The notes under the pieces were generated by a model. That model did no database searches and was not told where the DNA came from. It saw nothing but the letters and a program-made list of their open reading frames with translations. This document shows, in pieces, positions 1 through 8,963 of a DNA stretch of 64,000 bases. Every line of letters starts with the position of its first letter. The stretch's first letter is position 1. This DNA is from Candidatus Aminicenantes bacterium (GTDB taxonomy: Bacteria; Acidobacteriota; Aminicenantia; UBA2199). The position numbers and the translations under genes were made by a program. The DNA is taken from the NCBI GenBank assembly GCA_963770755.1, contig CAVYQZ010000009.1, positions 209,195 through 273,194 of the forward strand, in the 5' to 3' direction.

Positions 1-680
1 CGCGGATGGTGTTGCCGATGCCGTCAAGCAGCAGGCTGCCGATCCCCATGGCCGAGCGGATGCTGCCCGAAAAAAAAGTCCCCGCTTCGGTAATTCCCAG
101 ATGCAGAGGATACTGGCATTGCCGGTCGGCCAGTCGGTTGGCGGCCACAGTCTCCCTGACATCGTGCGACTTGAGCGAGATTTTCAAGTCAAAAAAATGC
201 TGGTCCTCGAAGAACTTGACCTTGTCGAGCAGGGAAGCAACCATGGCCTCGGCACGGGAAAGCCCGGCCCGGCAGTATTTTTTTTCCAATGATCCGGCAT
301 TCACGCCGATGCGAATCGGGATCTTTTTCAGGGCAGCCAGACGAACCACGGCCTTCAATTTCTGGTTGGCGCCGATGTTGCCGGGATTGATGCGGATGCC
401 GTGGGCACCATTTTCAATGGCCGCCATGGCCAGTTCGGCGTTGAAATGGATGTCAGCGATCACGGGCAACGGCGATTGCGCCGTGACCTTGCGAAAGGCG
501 GGCAGTGCCGATCTCGCAGGCAGGGAAACACGCACGATGTCGCAACCGGCGCTTTTCAGCCGCCGGATCTGTTTCAAGGTGGATTCCGCGTCTTCGGCCG
601 GTGTATTGGTCATGGATTGGATGGAGACGGGGTGATCGGCACCGATGCCGACGCCGCCGATGAAAATCTCCCGCTTCATG
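1..680 (-). CDS. ispG: 4-hydroxy-3-methylbut-2-enyl diphosphate synthase (IspG/GcpE), N-terminal part; gene runs off the window edge
   Basis: Minus-strand translation from ATG at 680..678 reads MKREIFIGGVGIGADHPVSIQSMTNT...IADIHFN...IRINPGNIG, the typical IspG TIM-barrel N-terminus. There is no stop before position 1. The listed + ORF 6..635 is the antisense shadow. Confidence 0.85.
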
Positions 681-693
681 AATGCATTATACC

Positions 694-930
694 GAACTCG
701 ATAGTAAAAAGTAAGTAGTGAAAAGTGAAAAGTAAATTCAATTGCCTTTTCATCTTCACCTTTCACTTTTCACTTTTCACTTTTCACTTTTTACTTTTTA
801 CTTTTTACTTTTCACTTTTTACTTTTTACTTTTCACTTTTCACTTTTCACTTTTCACTTTTCACTTTTCACTTTTCACTTTTCACTTTTCACTTTTCACT
901 TTTCACTTTTCACTTTTCACTTTTCACTAA
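694..930. repeat. Inverted heptamer tandem-repeat hairpin: ~5 copies of GTGAAAA/GTAAAAA (694-735), an attcaattg centre, then ~24 copies of TTTTCAC/TTTTTAC (761-927)
   Basis: Direct reading of the sequence: perfect 7-bp periodicity, and the two arms are reverse complements of each other. Confidence 0.9.
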
Positions 931-950
931 GCTAAAGGGCAATGCCGGTA

Positions 951-987
951 AAAAAAAAGGGCGACTTGGGAAAGCCGCCCTTTTTTT
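951..987. terminator. Bidirectional rho-independent terminator downstream of hsp20 (A9-gggcg-loop-cgccc-T7)
   Basis: GC stem 959-963/976-980 flanked by an A-tract and a T-tract. It lies immediately 3' of the minus-strand hsp20 stop at 998. Confidence 0.7.
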
Positions 988-997
988 AAAGTACCGG

Positions 998-1444
998 TTA
1001 CTTGACCGAGATGGAGATGGCCTTGGTTTTCGCTTCTTCGACCTTGGGGATGGTGAGCAGCAGGATGCCGTCCTTGAGTTCGGCTTCGATCTTTTTGGGA
1101 TCGACATTCTTGGGAATGGTGAAGGAACGCTCGAAAAGGCCATAGCTGCGCTCCAGGCGGTGGCAATTCTCGTTTTTCGTTTCTTCCTCATGCTTCCTCT
1201 CACCGCGCATGATCAGGGTTTCACCGGTGAATTCCACCTTGATGTCCTCCTTTTTAAAGCCCGGTAGATCAACCTTAAACACGTAAGCGTCCTTGGTTTC
1301 ATAAATGTCCGTCAAGGGCCTCCATGCACTTGGAGTCAGTCCGTTCTTGGCAGTTTCATCAAGAAGGTCCTCACCGAAAAACCGGTTCAAGCGGTCATAC
1401 ATATTGACCAGGTCCGAATAAGGTTGCCATTTGGTTATTTTCAT
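998..1444 (-). CDS. hsp20: Hsp20/alpha-crystallin family small heat-shock protein
   Basis: 148 aa; alpha-crystallin domain motifs (DIYETKDAYVFKVDLPGFKKEDIKVE...GILLLTIPK). Confidence 0.9.
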   Translation of the reverse strand: MKITKWQPYSDLVNMYDRLNRFFGEDLLDETAKNGLTPSAWRPLTDIYETKDAYVFKVDLPGFKKEDIKVEFTGETLIMRGERKHEEETKNENCHRLERSYGLFERSFTIPKNVDPKKIEAELKDGILLLTIPKVEEAKTKAISISVK

Positions 1445-1603
1445 ATTAACCTCCTTTTTTTATAACAAAAATATAGAATAAATTTCTGATTTTGTCAACA
1501 AATCTAACTTTAATATAATAAAATATTTCTAAGTACATTATTATCAACTATCGACATTTCTCTCTCTTGCATTTAAAGCAATATTGGTATAAACTTAAGT
1601 TAT

Positions 1604-2533
1604 ATGAAAATCAATGACATGCTTGCCCGTATTCGCCAGGGGGACGCCGTGGCTTTGGCCAAGGCCATCACCACGGTGGAAAACCGCAAGAAAGATTATA
1701 AAAAACTGCTGGCAGGCATTTATCCCCTGTCCGTCAAGGCATTGAAAATCGGAATTACCGGTGCGCCGGGCAGCGGTAAGAGTTCACTGATTGACAAAAT
1801 GATCACCGAACTGAAAGTTCAGGGCCGCTCCATCGCCGTCCTGGCCGTGGACCCGTCTTCGCCACTGACGGGCGGTGCTCTGCTCGGCGACCGCTTGCGC
1901 ATGATCCAGCACAGCAACGATCCGAACGTTTTTATCCGCAGCATCGCCAATCGCGGCCACCTGGGAGGACTGAGCCTTTCCACCCAGGAGATCGTTGATT
2001 TGCTTATTGCCTCGGGCAAGGAGATCGTCATCATCGAGACCGTGGGCGTCGGCCAGTCCGAGGTCGAAATCGTCAATGTCGCCGATGTGGTACTCATGGT
2101 GCTGAATCCGGACAGCGGCGACGAGATCCAGATTTTCAAGGCCGGCATCATCGAGATTGCCGATATATTCGTCATTAACAAGGCCGACCTGGGCGGCAGC
2201 GACAACAAGATCGGCGAGATAAAAAACTATTTCGCCACCAGTGCCCACAGTCCGCTGATCTTCCCCACCTCGGTCCGGGAGGACAAGGGCATTTCGGAGC
2301 TGCTGGCCGCGATCAAACAATTCCAGCATGAAGAATACGGGCGCATCGATGAAAAAAAGACGGCGATTAAAAGAAACTACGTGGAAAAAATCGTCTGCGA
2401 TCGCATCCTGGAAGAGATGCGTCTCGATCCGGGCCTGGAAGACATGCTCAGGACGGCCAGCACGGCCAACCCTTTCCAGTTGGCCGAAGCGATTTTCCAG
2501 AAAATTAAAAGCGGAGGTGGCCATGATAAATAA
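1604..2533 (+). CDS. meaB: Methylmalonyl-CoA mutase-associated GTPase MeaB/ArgK
   Basis: P-loop GITGAPGSGKSSLID, switch motifs VGVGQSE and INKAD, and the overall MeaB architecture. Confidence 0.85.
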   Translation: MKINDMLARIRQGDAVALAKAITTVENRKKDYKKLLAGIYPLSVKALKIGITGAPGSGKSSLIDKMITELKVQGRSIAVLAVDPSSPLTGGALLGDRLRMIQHSNDPNVFIRSIANRGHLGGLSLSTQEIVDLLIASGKEIVIIETVGVGQSEVEIVNVADVVLMVLNPDSGDEIQIFKAGIIEIADIFVINKADLGGSDNKIGEIKNYFATSAHSPLIFPTSVREDKGISELLAAIKQFQHEEYGRIDEKKTAIKRNYVEKIVCDRILEEMRLDPGLEDMLRTASTANPFQLAEAIFQKIKSGGGHDK

Positions 2534-2933
2534 AATCGACCATATCGCCATTGCGGTAAAAAACCTGGCTGAAGAAATCGTTCGTTACCGTGATGTGCTC
2601 GGCCTGGAATACCTGGGCAGAGAAACCGTCGCCGAACAAAAGGTCAATGTCGCTTTTTTCAGGATCAACGATATCTTTATCGAACTCCTCGAGCCCACGG
2701 GGTCCGATTCCCCCATCAGCGCTTTCATTGAAAAAAAAGGCGGCGGCCTGCACCACCTGGCGCTGGAAGTGGACGACATCCACGGCGCCATCCGGAAGCT
2801 GCAGGAAAAAAACGTGCACATGCTCAACAGTGAACCCAGGGTCGGCGCCCACCATGCGCAGATCGCTTTTGTCCATCCGAAAAGCTTTTCCGGAGTGCTA
2901 TTCGAATTAAAGCAGCAAGGGGATGAGTCGTAA
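2523..2933 (+). CDS. mce: Methylmalonyl-CoA epimerase (VOC/glyoxalase fold)
   Basis: MINKIDHIAIAVKNL...GGGLHHLALEVDDI, a typical epimerase, adjacent to meaB. GGAGGTG RBS precedes the ATG at 2523; the longer 2328 ORF overlaps meaB out of frame. Confidence 0.8.
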   Translation: MINKIDHIAIAVKNLAEEIVRYRDVLGLEYLGRETVAEQKVNVAFFRINDIFIELLEPTGSDSPISAFIEKKGGGLHHLALEVDDIHGAIRKLQEKNVHMLNSEPRVGAHHAQIAFVHPKSFSGVLFELKQQGDES

Positions 2934-5073
2934 AACCAGGCTGGCCATTTTATGGCACATGCACCAGCCATGCTATAGAAATCCCCAGAACGGTAATTTC
3001 GAACTGCCCTGGCTGCGTCTGCATGCCCTTAAAGACTATTACGGCATGGTGCATCTGCTCGAAGAATTCCCAAACCTGCGCCTGACCTTCAACCTCGTTC
3101 CTTCGCTGCTGGCCGGCCTGGAAGCGTACCAAGCCGGGGCAACCGACAGCTACCAGGAGATTTTCAATAAGCCGGCGGACGCATTGAACCGTGAGCAAAG
3201 CAACTTTCTGGTGCAGCACTTTTTCGCAATCCAGCATGAAAACCATATCAAACCGTTCCGCCGTTTTGACGCCCTGTACCAGAAAAAGATGGCCCGCCTG
3301 GCCCAGACAGCGGCCCCGGATTGGCGGCAGTATTTTTCCCCGGCCGATCTCCGCGACCTTCAGGTCTGGTTCCAATTGAGCTATTGCGATGAATTCTATA
3401 AAAACAACGACCCGCGCGTCAAGGCCTTGATCGCCCAGGGACAATCTTTTTCAGAAGCGGACAAGGCCACGGTCCGCGCGGTGGAAAATGAAATCCTGGG
3501 CCGGATCGTTCCGGAATATAAAAAATTTCAGGACCGCGGCCAGGCCGAATTATGCACCAGCCCCTTCTATCATCCGATCATGCCGCTGCTGCTCGATCCG
3601 CAGCAAGGCCGCAAAGCAAACCCGAGCCTACCGGCTTATGACCTGGAATTCGACTGGGAGGATGACCTGCGCGCCCAGTTGGACACCGCGCTGGCCATGA
3701 TGGAAAAAACTTTCGGGCGCCGTCCCCGGGGCATATGGCCTTCAGAGGGCGGGATCTCTGAACGGGTGATCCAGATCCTGGCCCAGACGGGCATCGACTG
3801 GACCGCTTCGGACGAGCACGTATTGAGCCGCTCGCTGCCGCGGGAACTGGAGCGCAATTCCCGTTTCGAGGTCACGACTCCGGAGCTCCTTTACCGGCCC
3901 TATCGCCTGGCCTCCGCTCCGCTGCGTATTTTTTTCCGCGACCAGCTCCTTTCCGATCTCATCGGTTTTTATTATCAGAAATTTCCCGCGGCCGACGCCG
4001 CCGCCGACCTGGTCAGGCGCATCAGGGATATAGCCCGATCCACAGACCAGGAGTTGACCATCCCCATCATTCTCGACGGCGAAAACGCCTGGGAATTTTA
4101 TCCGCACAGCGGCCGCGATTTTCTTCGCGAGTTTTACCGCCTCTTGAGCCTGGATGACGAGATCGAAACCGTCACTTTTTCCCAGGCTTTGGACAGTCCC
4201 TGCCTGGAGCTGAGCAGGCTGAAAGCCGGTTCCTGGATCAACGCCAACTTTGACATCTGGATCGGAGACCGGGAAGATCAAAGGGCCTGGGAATTTCTGA
4301 AGCAGGCCAAGGACGCCTTTACGGCGGCCAGGGACAGCCTCGACCAAGAGCAGGTCAAGGCCGTCGAAAACCTGCTGCACATTTCCCAGGGAAGCGACTG
4401 GTTCTGGTGGTACGGCCGCGAGAATTACACCCCCGATATTGCTGTTTTCGACAACCTGTTCCGCCAGAACCTGATCAAAATCTATTACATCCTGCAGCAG
4501 CCCGTACCGGAAGCGCTGGCGCGGCCGATCGCCGAAGCGGCGCATGCGGAGCGCCTGGTCATCGGCCAGCCTCAGGACTACCTGGACGCCCTCATCGACG
4601 GCAGGATCAGCGATTTCTTTGAATGGCTGGACGCCGGGCGCATTGACATCAATTCTTACGGTGGGGCCATGAATATCGCCAATCCAATCGTCAAGACCAT
4701 GTACTTCGGCTTTGACGCCGCCCATATATATTTAAGGATCGACACCAAGAAAGACGCCCGAACCTATTTTGAAAACGGCTTTTCGTTGCGTATCTCCCTG
4801 CAAAGCGAGAAAAAGCTTTGGCAGGGGACCATTGCCAAGAAAGAGCAACAAGTGGCCTTGGACGGTTTTTCCGACGCCGCCCGGGGTGCGGTGGGCCGGA
4901 TCATCGAGATCAAGCTGCCGCTGAGCCTCCTGGCCGTCGGCCAAGGCGGCATTTTCAAGCTGAAATTGGAATGGTCCTTCGACGGCCGGCCTTTTCAGAG
5001 CATTCCCTATGGAGATCCGATCGGCATCACCGTCCCGGATGACCGGGCCTATGCGGCCAACTGGCAGGTGTAA
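2923..5073 (+). CDS. Glycoside hydrolase family 57 protein (alpha-glucan-acting; amylase/branching-enzyme type)
   Basis: N-terminal LAILWHMHQPCY(R) with an HQP signature and the GH57 catalytic-domain arrangement; 716 aa. Confidence 0.75.
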   Translation: MSRKTRLAILWHMHQPCYRNPQNGNFELPWLRLHALKDYYGMVHLLEEFPNLRLTFNLVPSLLAGLEAYQAGATDSYQEIFNKPADALNREQSNFLVQHFFAIQHENHIKPFRRFDALYQKKMARLAQTAAPDWRQYFSPADLRDLQVWFQLSYCDEFYKNNDPRVKALIAQGQSFSEADKATVRAVENEILGRIVPEYKKFQDRGQAELCTSPFYHPIMPLLLDPQQGRKANPSLPAYDLEFDWEDDLRAQLDTALAMMEKTFGRRPRGIWPSEGGISERVIQILAQTGIDWTASDEHVLSRSLPRELERNSRFEVTTPELLYRPYRLASAPLRIFFRDQLLSDLIGFYYQKFPAADAAADLVRRIRDIARSTDQELTIPIILDGENAWEFYPHSGRDFLREFYRLLSLDDEIETVTFSQALDSPCLELSRLKAGSWINANFDIWIGDREDQRAWEFLKQAKDAFTAARDSLDQEQVKAVENLLHISQGSDWFWWYGRENYTPDIAVFDNLFRQNLIKIYYILQQPVPEALARPIAEAAHAERLVIGQPQDYLDALIDGRISDFFEWLDAGRIDINSYGGAMNIANPIVKTMYFGFDAAHIYLRIDTKKDARTYFENGFSLRISLQSEKKLWQGTIAKKEQQVALDGFSDAARGAVGRIIEIKLPLSLLAVGQGGIFKLKLEWSFDGRPFQSIPYGDPIGITVPDDRAYAANWQV

Positions 5074-5141
5074 AGACAGTAACGCGTTGCGTGTCACGAT
5101 AGATCGTTGCTATCAAAAGCCACTTTGCATATAATTGGCTC

Positions 5142-6566
5142 ATGACAGACCAGGCAAAAAAAGAAAAATTCAAGCTGCCCCACCCGGTGGTGCTGATATA
5201 CATGCTGGTGATCATGATGATCATCCTGACCTGGATTATCCCGGCCGGCGAATACCAGCGGGTAGAGACCCGTGTAGGCGGCACCAGCCGCCTGGTCACG
5301 GCACCCAACACCTTCCACCCGGTCGAACCAAGGCCGGCCCGTTTGCAGGCACTGCTGCTGGCCCCCATCCGCGGATTCCAGGACGGCATGCTGATCATCG
5401 TCTTCCTTTTCCTGATCGGCGGGTCTTTCGCCGTCATCAACGAAAGCGGGACCATCGACCTGGCGATCAAGAAAATGGCCCTGGCTTTTGCACGCCATCC
5501 CCGCCTGCACAAGTTCATTATTCCGGTGTTGATGCTGGTGTTTTCCCTGGCCGGATCCGTTTTCGGCATGTGCGAGGAAACCATCCCCTTCGTGCTGATA
5601 TTCATTCCCCTGTCCCTGTCGTTGGGATACGACTCCCTGGTCGGCGTGGCCATTCCCTTCCTGGGGGCCGCCGCCGGATTCGCCGCCGCTTTTTTCAATC
5701 CCTTTACCGTGGGCATCGCCCAGGGATTGTCAAACCTGCCTTTGTACTCGGGCCTGGCCTACCGCCTGCTGTCCTGGGTCCTGGGCACCGCGATCACCAT
5801 CGCCTTTGTCATGATCTACGCGGCGAAAATCAAAAAAAACCCGCAAAAAAGTCCGGTTTATGAACTCGACAAGGAGCGCGCTCCTGCGGTTTCCAACGGA
5901 AACGGCGACATATCGGCCTGGAACTGGCGCCACCGGGGCGTGCTGCTGGTCTTCGGCGCCGGAATGCTGGCGCTCATTCTGGGCATCCTGTTGAAAAATT
6001 GGTACATCGAGGAGATCGCCGCTCTGTTCCTGGGTCTGGGCCTGGCCGCGGGGCTGATTTCAGGCATGACGCCAAGCAAGATCGCCCAGAATTTCATCAA
6101 CGGCGCCAAGGACATGGTCGGGGTGGCCTTCGTTATCGCCTGCAGCCGGGCGATCCTGATCATCGCCCAGGATGGAAAAATACTGGACACGCTGCTGTTC
6201 CACGCCTCGGGTTTCATTTCCTATTTCCCGCGCATCATCACGGCGCAGATGATGTTCCTCACCCAGGCGTTGATCAATTTTTTTGTCCATTCGGGAACAG
6301 CGCAAGCGGCGTTGACCATGCCCATCATGGCTCCCTTGAGCGACTTGGTGCACATCACCCGCCAGACATCGGTGTTCGCTTATCAGCTTTGCGAATTCGT
6401 TAATCCCATCCTGCCCACGTCGGCCGTTACCATGGGGGTTCTGGGCATGGCCCGCATCCCCTGGGAAAAATGGGCGCGCTGGTTTCTGCCGCTGATGTTG
6501 ATTCTGATGGGCCTGAGCCTGTTGCTGCTGATTCCCCCGGTCCTCACCAATTGGGGCCCCTTTTAG
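5142..6566 (+). CDS. YfcC/DcuC-like anaerobic C4-dicarboxylate or basic-amino-acid transporter family membrane protein
   Basis: 474 aa polytopic membrane protein. The N-terminus (KKEKFKLPHPVVLIYML) matches the YfcC family. Confidence 0.6.
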   Translation: MTDQAKKEKFKLPHPVVLIYMLVIMMIILTWIIPAGEYQRVETRVGGTSRLVTAPNTFHPVEPRPARLQALLLAPIRGFQDGMLIIVFLFLIGGSFAVINESGTIDLAIKKMALAFARHPRLHKFIIPVLMLVFSLAGSVFGMCEETIPFVLIFIPLSLSLGYDSLVGVAIPFLGAAAGFAAAFFNPFTVGIAQGLSNLPLYSGLAYRLLSWVLGTAITIAFVMIYAAKIKKNPQKSPVYELDKERAPAVSNGNGDISAWNWRHRGVLLVFGAGMLALILGILLKNWYIEEIAALFLGLGLAAGLISGMTPSKIAQNFINGAKDMVGVAFVIACSRAILIIAQDGKILDTLLFHASGFISYFPRIITAQMMFLTQALINFFVHSGTAQAALTMPIMAPLSDLVHITRQTSVFAYQLCEFVNPILPTSAVTMGVLGMARIPWEKWARWFLPLMLILMGLSLLLLIPPVLTNWGPF

Positions 6567-6699
6567 CAACTTGACCATGGGAGTAATTTATCCGCATAAT
6601 AAGTAATTTATATTATTTTTTTCAAAAAAACATTATCGTTTTCATTTTGGCCAGTGACAGGTCTTTTGTGACTTAAGTGAAAAATCTATTCAAAAATAG

Positions 6700-6727
6700 T
6701 TGACAGGATCTATAAATTGATTACAAT
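6700..6727 (+). promoter_or_regulatory. Sigma70-like promoter for the first TA operon: TTGACA, 16-nt spacer, TACAAT, followed by an AGGAGGA RBS
   Basis: Near-consensus -35 hexamer at 6700-6705 and -10 hexamer at 6722-6727, ~20 nt upstream of the ATG at 6748. Confidence 0.5.
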
Positions 6728-6747
6728 GTATTCAGGAGGATACGTAA

Positions 6748-6984
6748 ATGCGCGATGTCATGACAGTCCGGGTGGAACCGGAAGTTAAAACGAGACTCGA
6801 TAAACTGGCCAAAGCGACAGCCAGAACAAAATCATTCTTGATCGCGGATGCCATTCGCGAGTATATCGAGCTCAATGAATGGCAGATCGAAGCCATCCAG
6901 GAAGGCATTCGTCAGGCGGATGCCGGGAAACTGATAGCGCATGACAAGCTAAAAAAGAAGTGGGAGCGTAAACTTGCGGATTGA
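6748..6984 (+). CDS. Ribbon-helix-helix antitoxin (ParD/CopG-like)
   Basis: 78 aa; RHH-type N-terminus; overlaps the downstream toxin gene by 11 nt. Confidence 0.75.
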   Translation: MRDVMTVRVEPEVKTRLDKLAKATARTKSFLIADAIREYIELNEWQIEAIQEGIRQADAGKLIAHDKLKKKWERKLAD

Positions 6985-7267
6985 GTGGACATTGGCCGCT
7001 GACGCTGATCTTGAAAGTATCGTCGCTTATATCACTGAAGACAATCCCCGGGCGGCGGCGGGAATAGTCATGAAGATAATCCAAATCGTGGAAGATCACC
7101 TATCGCAAACTCCAGCTATGGGCCGTCCCGGGCGAGTGCCCAAAACCCGTGAACTGATCGTCCCGGATACCCCATATATCGTGGCTTATCGGATCAAGGA
7201 TAAAAACCTGGAGATTCTCAGAGTCATTCACGGCTCCCGCAGATGGCCCGGGAAATTTAAAACATAA
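6974..7267 (+). CDS. ParE/RelE-family type II toxin
   Basis: 97 aa; ParE-like (…IVAYRIKDKNLEILRVIHGSRRW); translationally coupled to the upstream antitoxin. Confidence 0.75.
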   Translation: MRIEWTLAADADLESIVAYITEDNPRAAAGIVMKIIQIVEDHLSQTPAMGRPGRVPKTRELIVPDTPYIVAYRIKDKNLEILRVIHGSRRWPGKFKT

Positions 7268-7385
7268 AAAGCAGCATGGCCGTGCAACTCTCATGGGGAT
7301 ATAAATAGAATTATTTTTGTGCCAACCCAAAATAGACTTGACAATACATATAATTGGATATATATTTATATGTGTGAAGTGCAAG

Positions 7386-7613
7386 ATGAGCCGTCCGAAA
7401 GTTATTTTCACCCTTGATCAGGCTATCATCGACGAACTCAATACCGTCTCCGCCGAACTCAAGGAAAAGAAGAGCCATATCGTGGAAAAAGCCCTGATGC
7501 TCTATTTCGATATTCTGGACATCCGGATCGCCGATAAAAGGATGAGTGACGTCAAAAAAGGTAAGTCCAAGCTGCTCCCCGCTGAAGACGTTTATAAAGA
7601 ACTCGGGCTGTGA
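7386..7613 (+). CDS. Antitoxin of the second TA pair (RHH/RelB-like)
   Basis: Small protein (MSRPKVIFTLDQAIIDELN...); its stop overlaps the toxin start (GTGA). Confidence 0.6.
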   Translation: MSRPKVIFTLDQAIIDELNTVSAELKEKKSHIVEKALMLYFDILDIRIADKRMSDVKKGKSKLLPAEDVYKELGL

Positions 7614-7879
7614 GATATAATGTTTTTTACGAAGAGAGAGCCGCAAAGGAACTGGCCAGGATAGACAGGCCCTACCAACTGTTGATCAAAAAGATATTTG
7701 AGCAGTTGGCGGCTGATTTCGAGTCCATGTCCGGGAACCTGAAGCTGCTGAAGGGAAAATACGACTTTTTCCGGCTGCAGGTGGGCAGCTACCGCGTGAT
7801 ATTCCATAAAGACGCCAAAAAGATCATGATCACCATCGTCCGCATTGGCCAGCGCCGGGAAGTCTATAAAGATTTGTAA
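7610..7879 (+). CDS. RelE/StbE-family mRNA interferase toxin
   Basis: 89 aa; the C-terminus (YRVIFHKDAKKIMITIVRIGQRREVYK) is typical of RelE. Confidence 0.75.
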   Translation: MRYNVFYEERAAKELARIDRPYQLLIKKIFEQLAADFESMSGNLKLLKGKYDFFRLQVGSYRVIFHKDAKKIMITIVRIGQRREVYKDL

Positions 7880-7911
7880 ATTTCGACAGCTAAAGTAAAT
7901 AGTTTTTTCCC

Positions 7912-8838
7912 TTATTTTTTTCTTTCTAATACATCAAATCCAGATATTACGGCGTCAGAAATAAAATCCTGCAATAAACTGGAATCTCCCGTCATTTGAA
8001 ATTTATTAAGATATTTAATGTATAAAGGTTTTTTTTCCTGCAAAATCAGCGCTGGAGGGATATTTTTTTGCAGAAGCATGATCTGAATCAGAAGTCTGCC
8101 AATTCTGCCATTTCCATCAGAAAAAGGATGGATTTGTTCAAAGCGTCCATGAATTTCAGAAACATGGGCAATTATGTCTTTGCCGGGAGCATTTACATTT
8201 TTTATTAATTCTTTCAACAAGACGGGAATTTTCAAATAATTCGCGGTTGGAACGTAGGAGCCCAATATTCTTACTCCGTGATTACGGTAGGCACCGGCAT
8301 CCTCGCGAATGCTATTCATTAAAATGGCATGCAATTTTAAAACTAATCCTTCGTTTATTTTATTTTTATCAAGAACCCAAGTAAATAAATAGCGCAGCGC
8401 GGATTGATGATTTTTGGCCTCCAATTGTTCGGTTAAGCTTCTATGCGGCGGGGAAACATTTTCGAAAAGTATTCCAGCCGTTTCGTCTTCGGTCAGGGTG
8501 CTGCCTTCAATCCGATTTGTGTTGTAAGTTAAGGATAAAACAAATCGTTTGTGAATATCAGGATTGCTTAAAATTTCTTTCACAATGCCAGGATGTTTTT
8601 GACTTTTTATGGCGACGACTTCTTTTTTGGCTTGCAGTAAAGTATCCGGAATAATCTTTATTCCGGCATATTGGGAATACAATTCATTTATGGCATCTTG
8701 CTTCTTTTTTCGCGGCAGGGATTTTTCATTAATCCAGCTATTCAGGGTTGCAAAAGATACTTCCAGTTGTCTGGATATTTTTTCCTGGGTTAGTCCGGAA
8801 ATTTGCTGGATAAGTTTTAATTTTTCTGATATTTCCAT
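7912..8838 (-). CDS. Fic/Doc family protein (AMPylase-type) with an N-terminal HTH
   Basis: Canonical Fic motif HPFSDGNGRIGR; XRE-like HTH at the N-terminus (ISGLTQEKISRQLEVSFATLNSWIN); AT-rich gene. Confidence 0.85.
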   Translation of the reverse strand: MEISEKLKLIQQISGLTQEKISRQLEVSFATLNSWINEKSLPRKKKQDAINELYSQYAGIKIIPDTLLQAKKEVVAIKSQKHPGIVKEILSNPDIHKRFVLSLTYNTNRIEGSTLTEDETAGILFENVSPPHRSLTEQLEAKNHQSALRYLFTWVLDKNKINEGLVLKLHAILMNSIREDAGAYRNHGVRILGSYVPTANYLKIPVLLKELIKNVNAPGKDIIAHVSEIHGRFEQIHPFSDGNGRIGRLLIQIMLLQKNIPPALILQEKKPLYIKYLNKFQMTGDSSLLQDFISDAVISGFDVLERKK

Positions 8839-8963
8839 AAGTCAATTTTACCTAACTTTATAAGCTATGTCAAAATCATCAAACTTTATAAAGTTACCAT
8901 TTTGTATTTTAAGGCGTAAAACAGGGTGTTGTTTGCCCAAGCGGTTTATAATATAATCGCCAA

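Noticed and set aside
6-635. Plus-strand ORF of 209 aa at the window start
   Set aside because: It is the antisense shadow of ispG. The minus-strand translation gives a clean IspG N-terminus, and the plus-strand product has no protein-like features.
1784-2551. Long antisense ORFs inside high-GC genes (e.g. 1784..2551, 3742..4725, 15543..16610, 17235..19169, 40668..41519, 43514..44671, 24624..25184, 29114..29890)
   Set aside because: They are GC-rich, low-complexity (Ala/Arg/Gly-rich) reading frames opposite well-supported conserved genes, as is typical of stop-codon-poor high-GC DNA.
5135-5863. Alternative 242-aa ORF overlapping the yfcC start in another frame
   Set aside because: Arg/Pro/Gly-rich shadow frame. 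The yfcC frame gives a coherent multi-TM protein.
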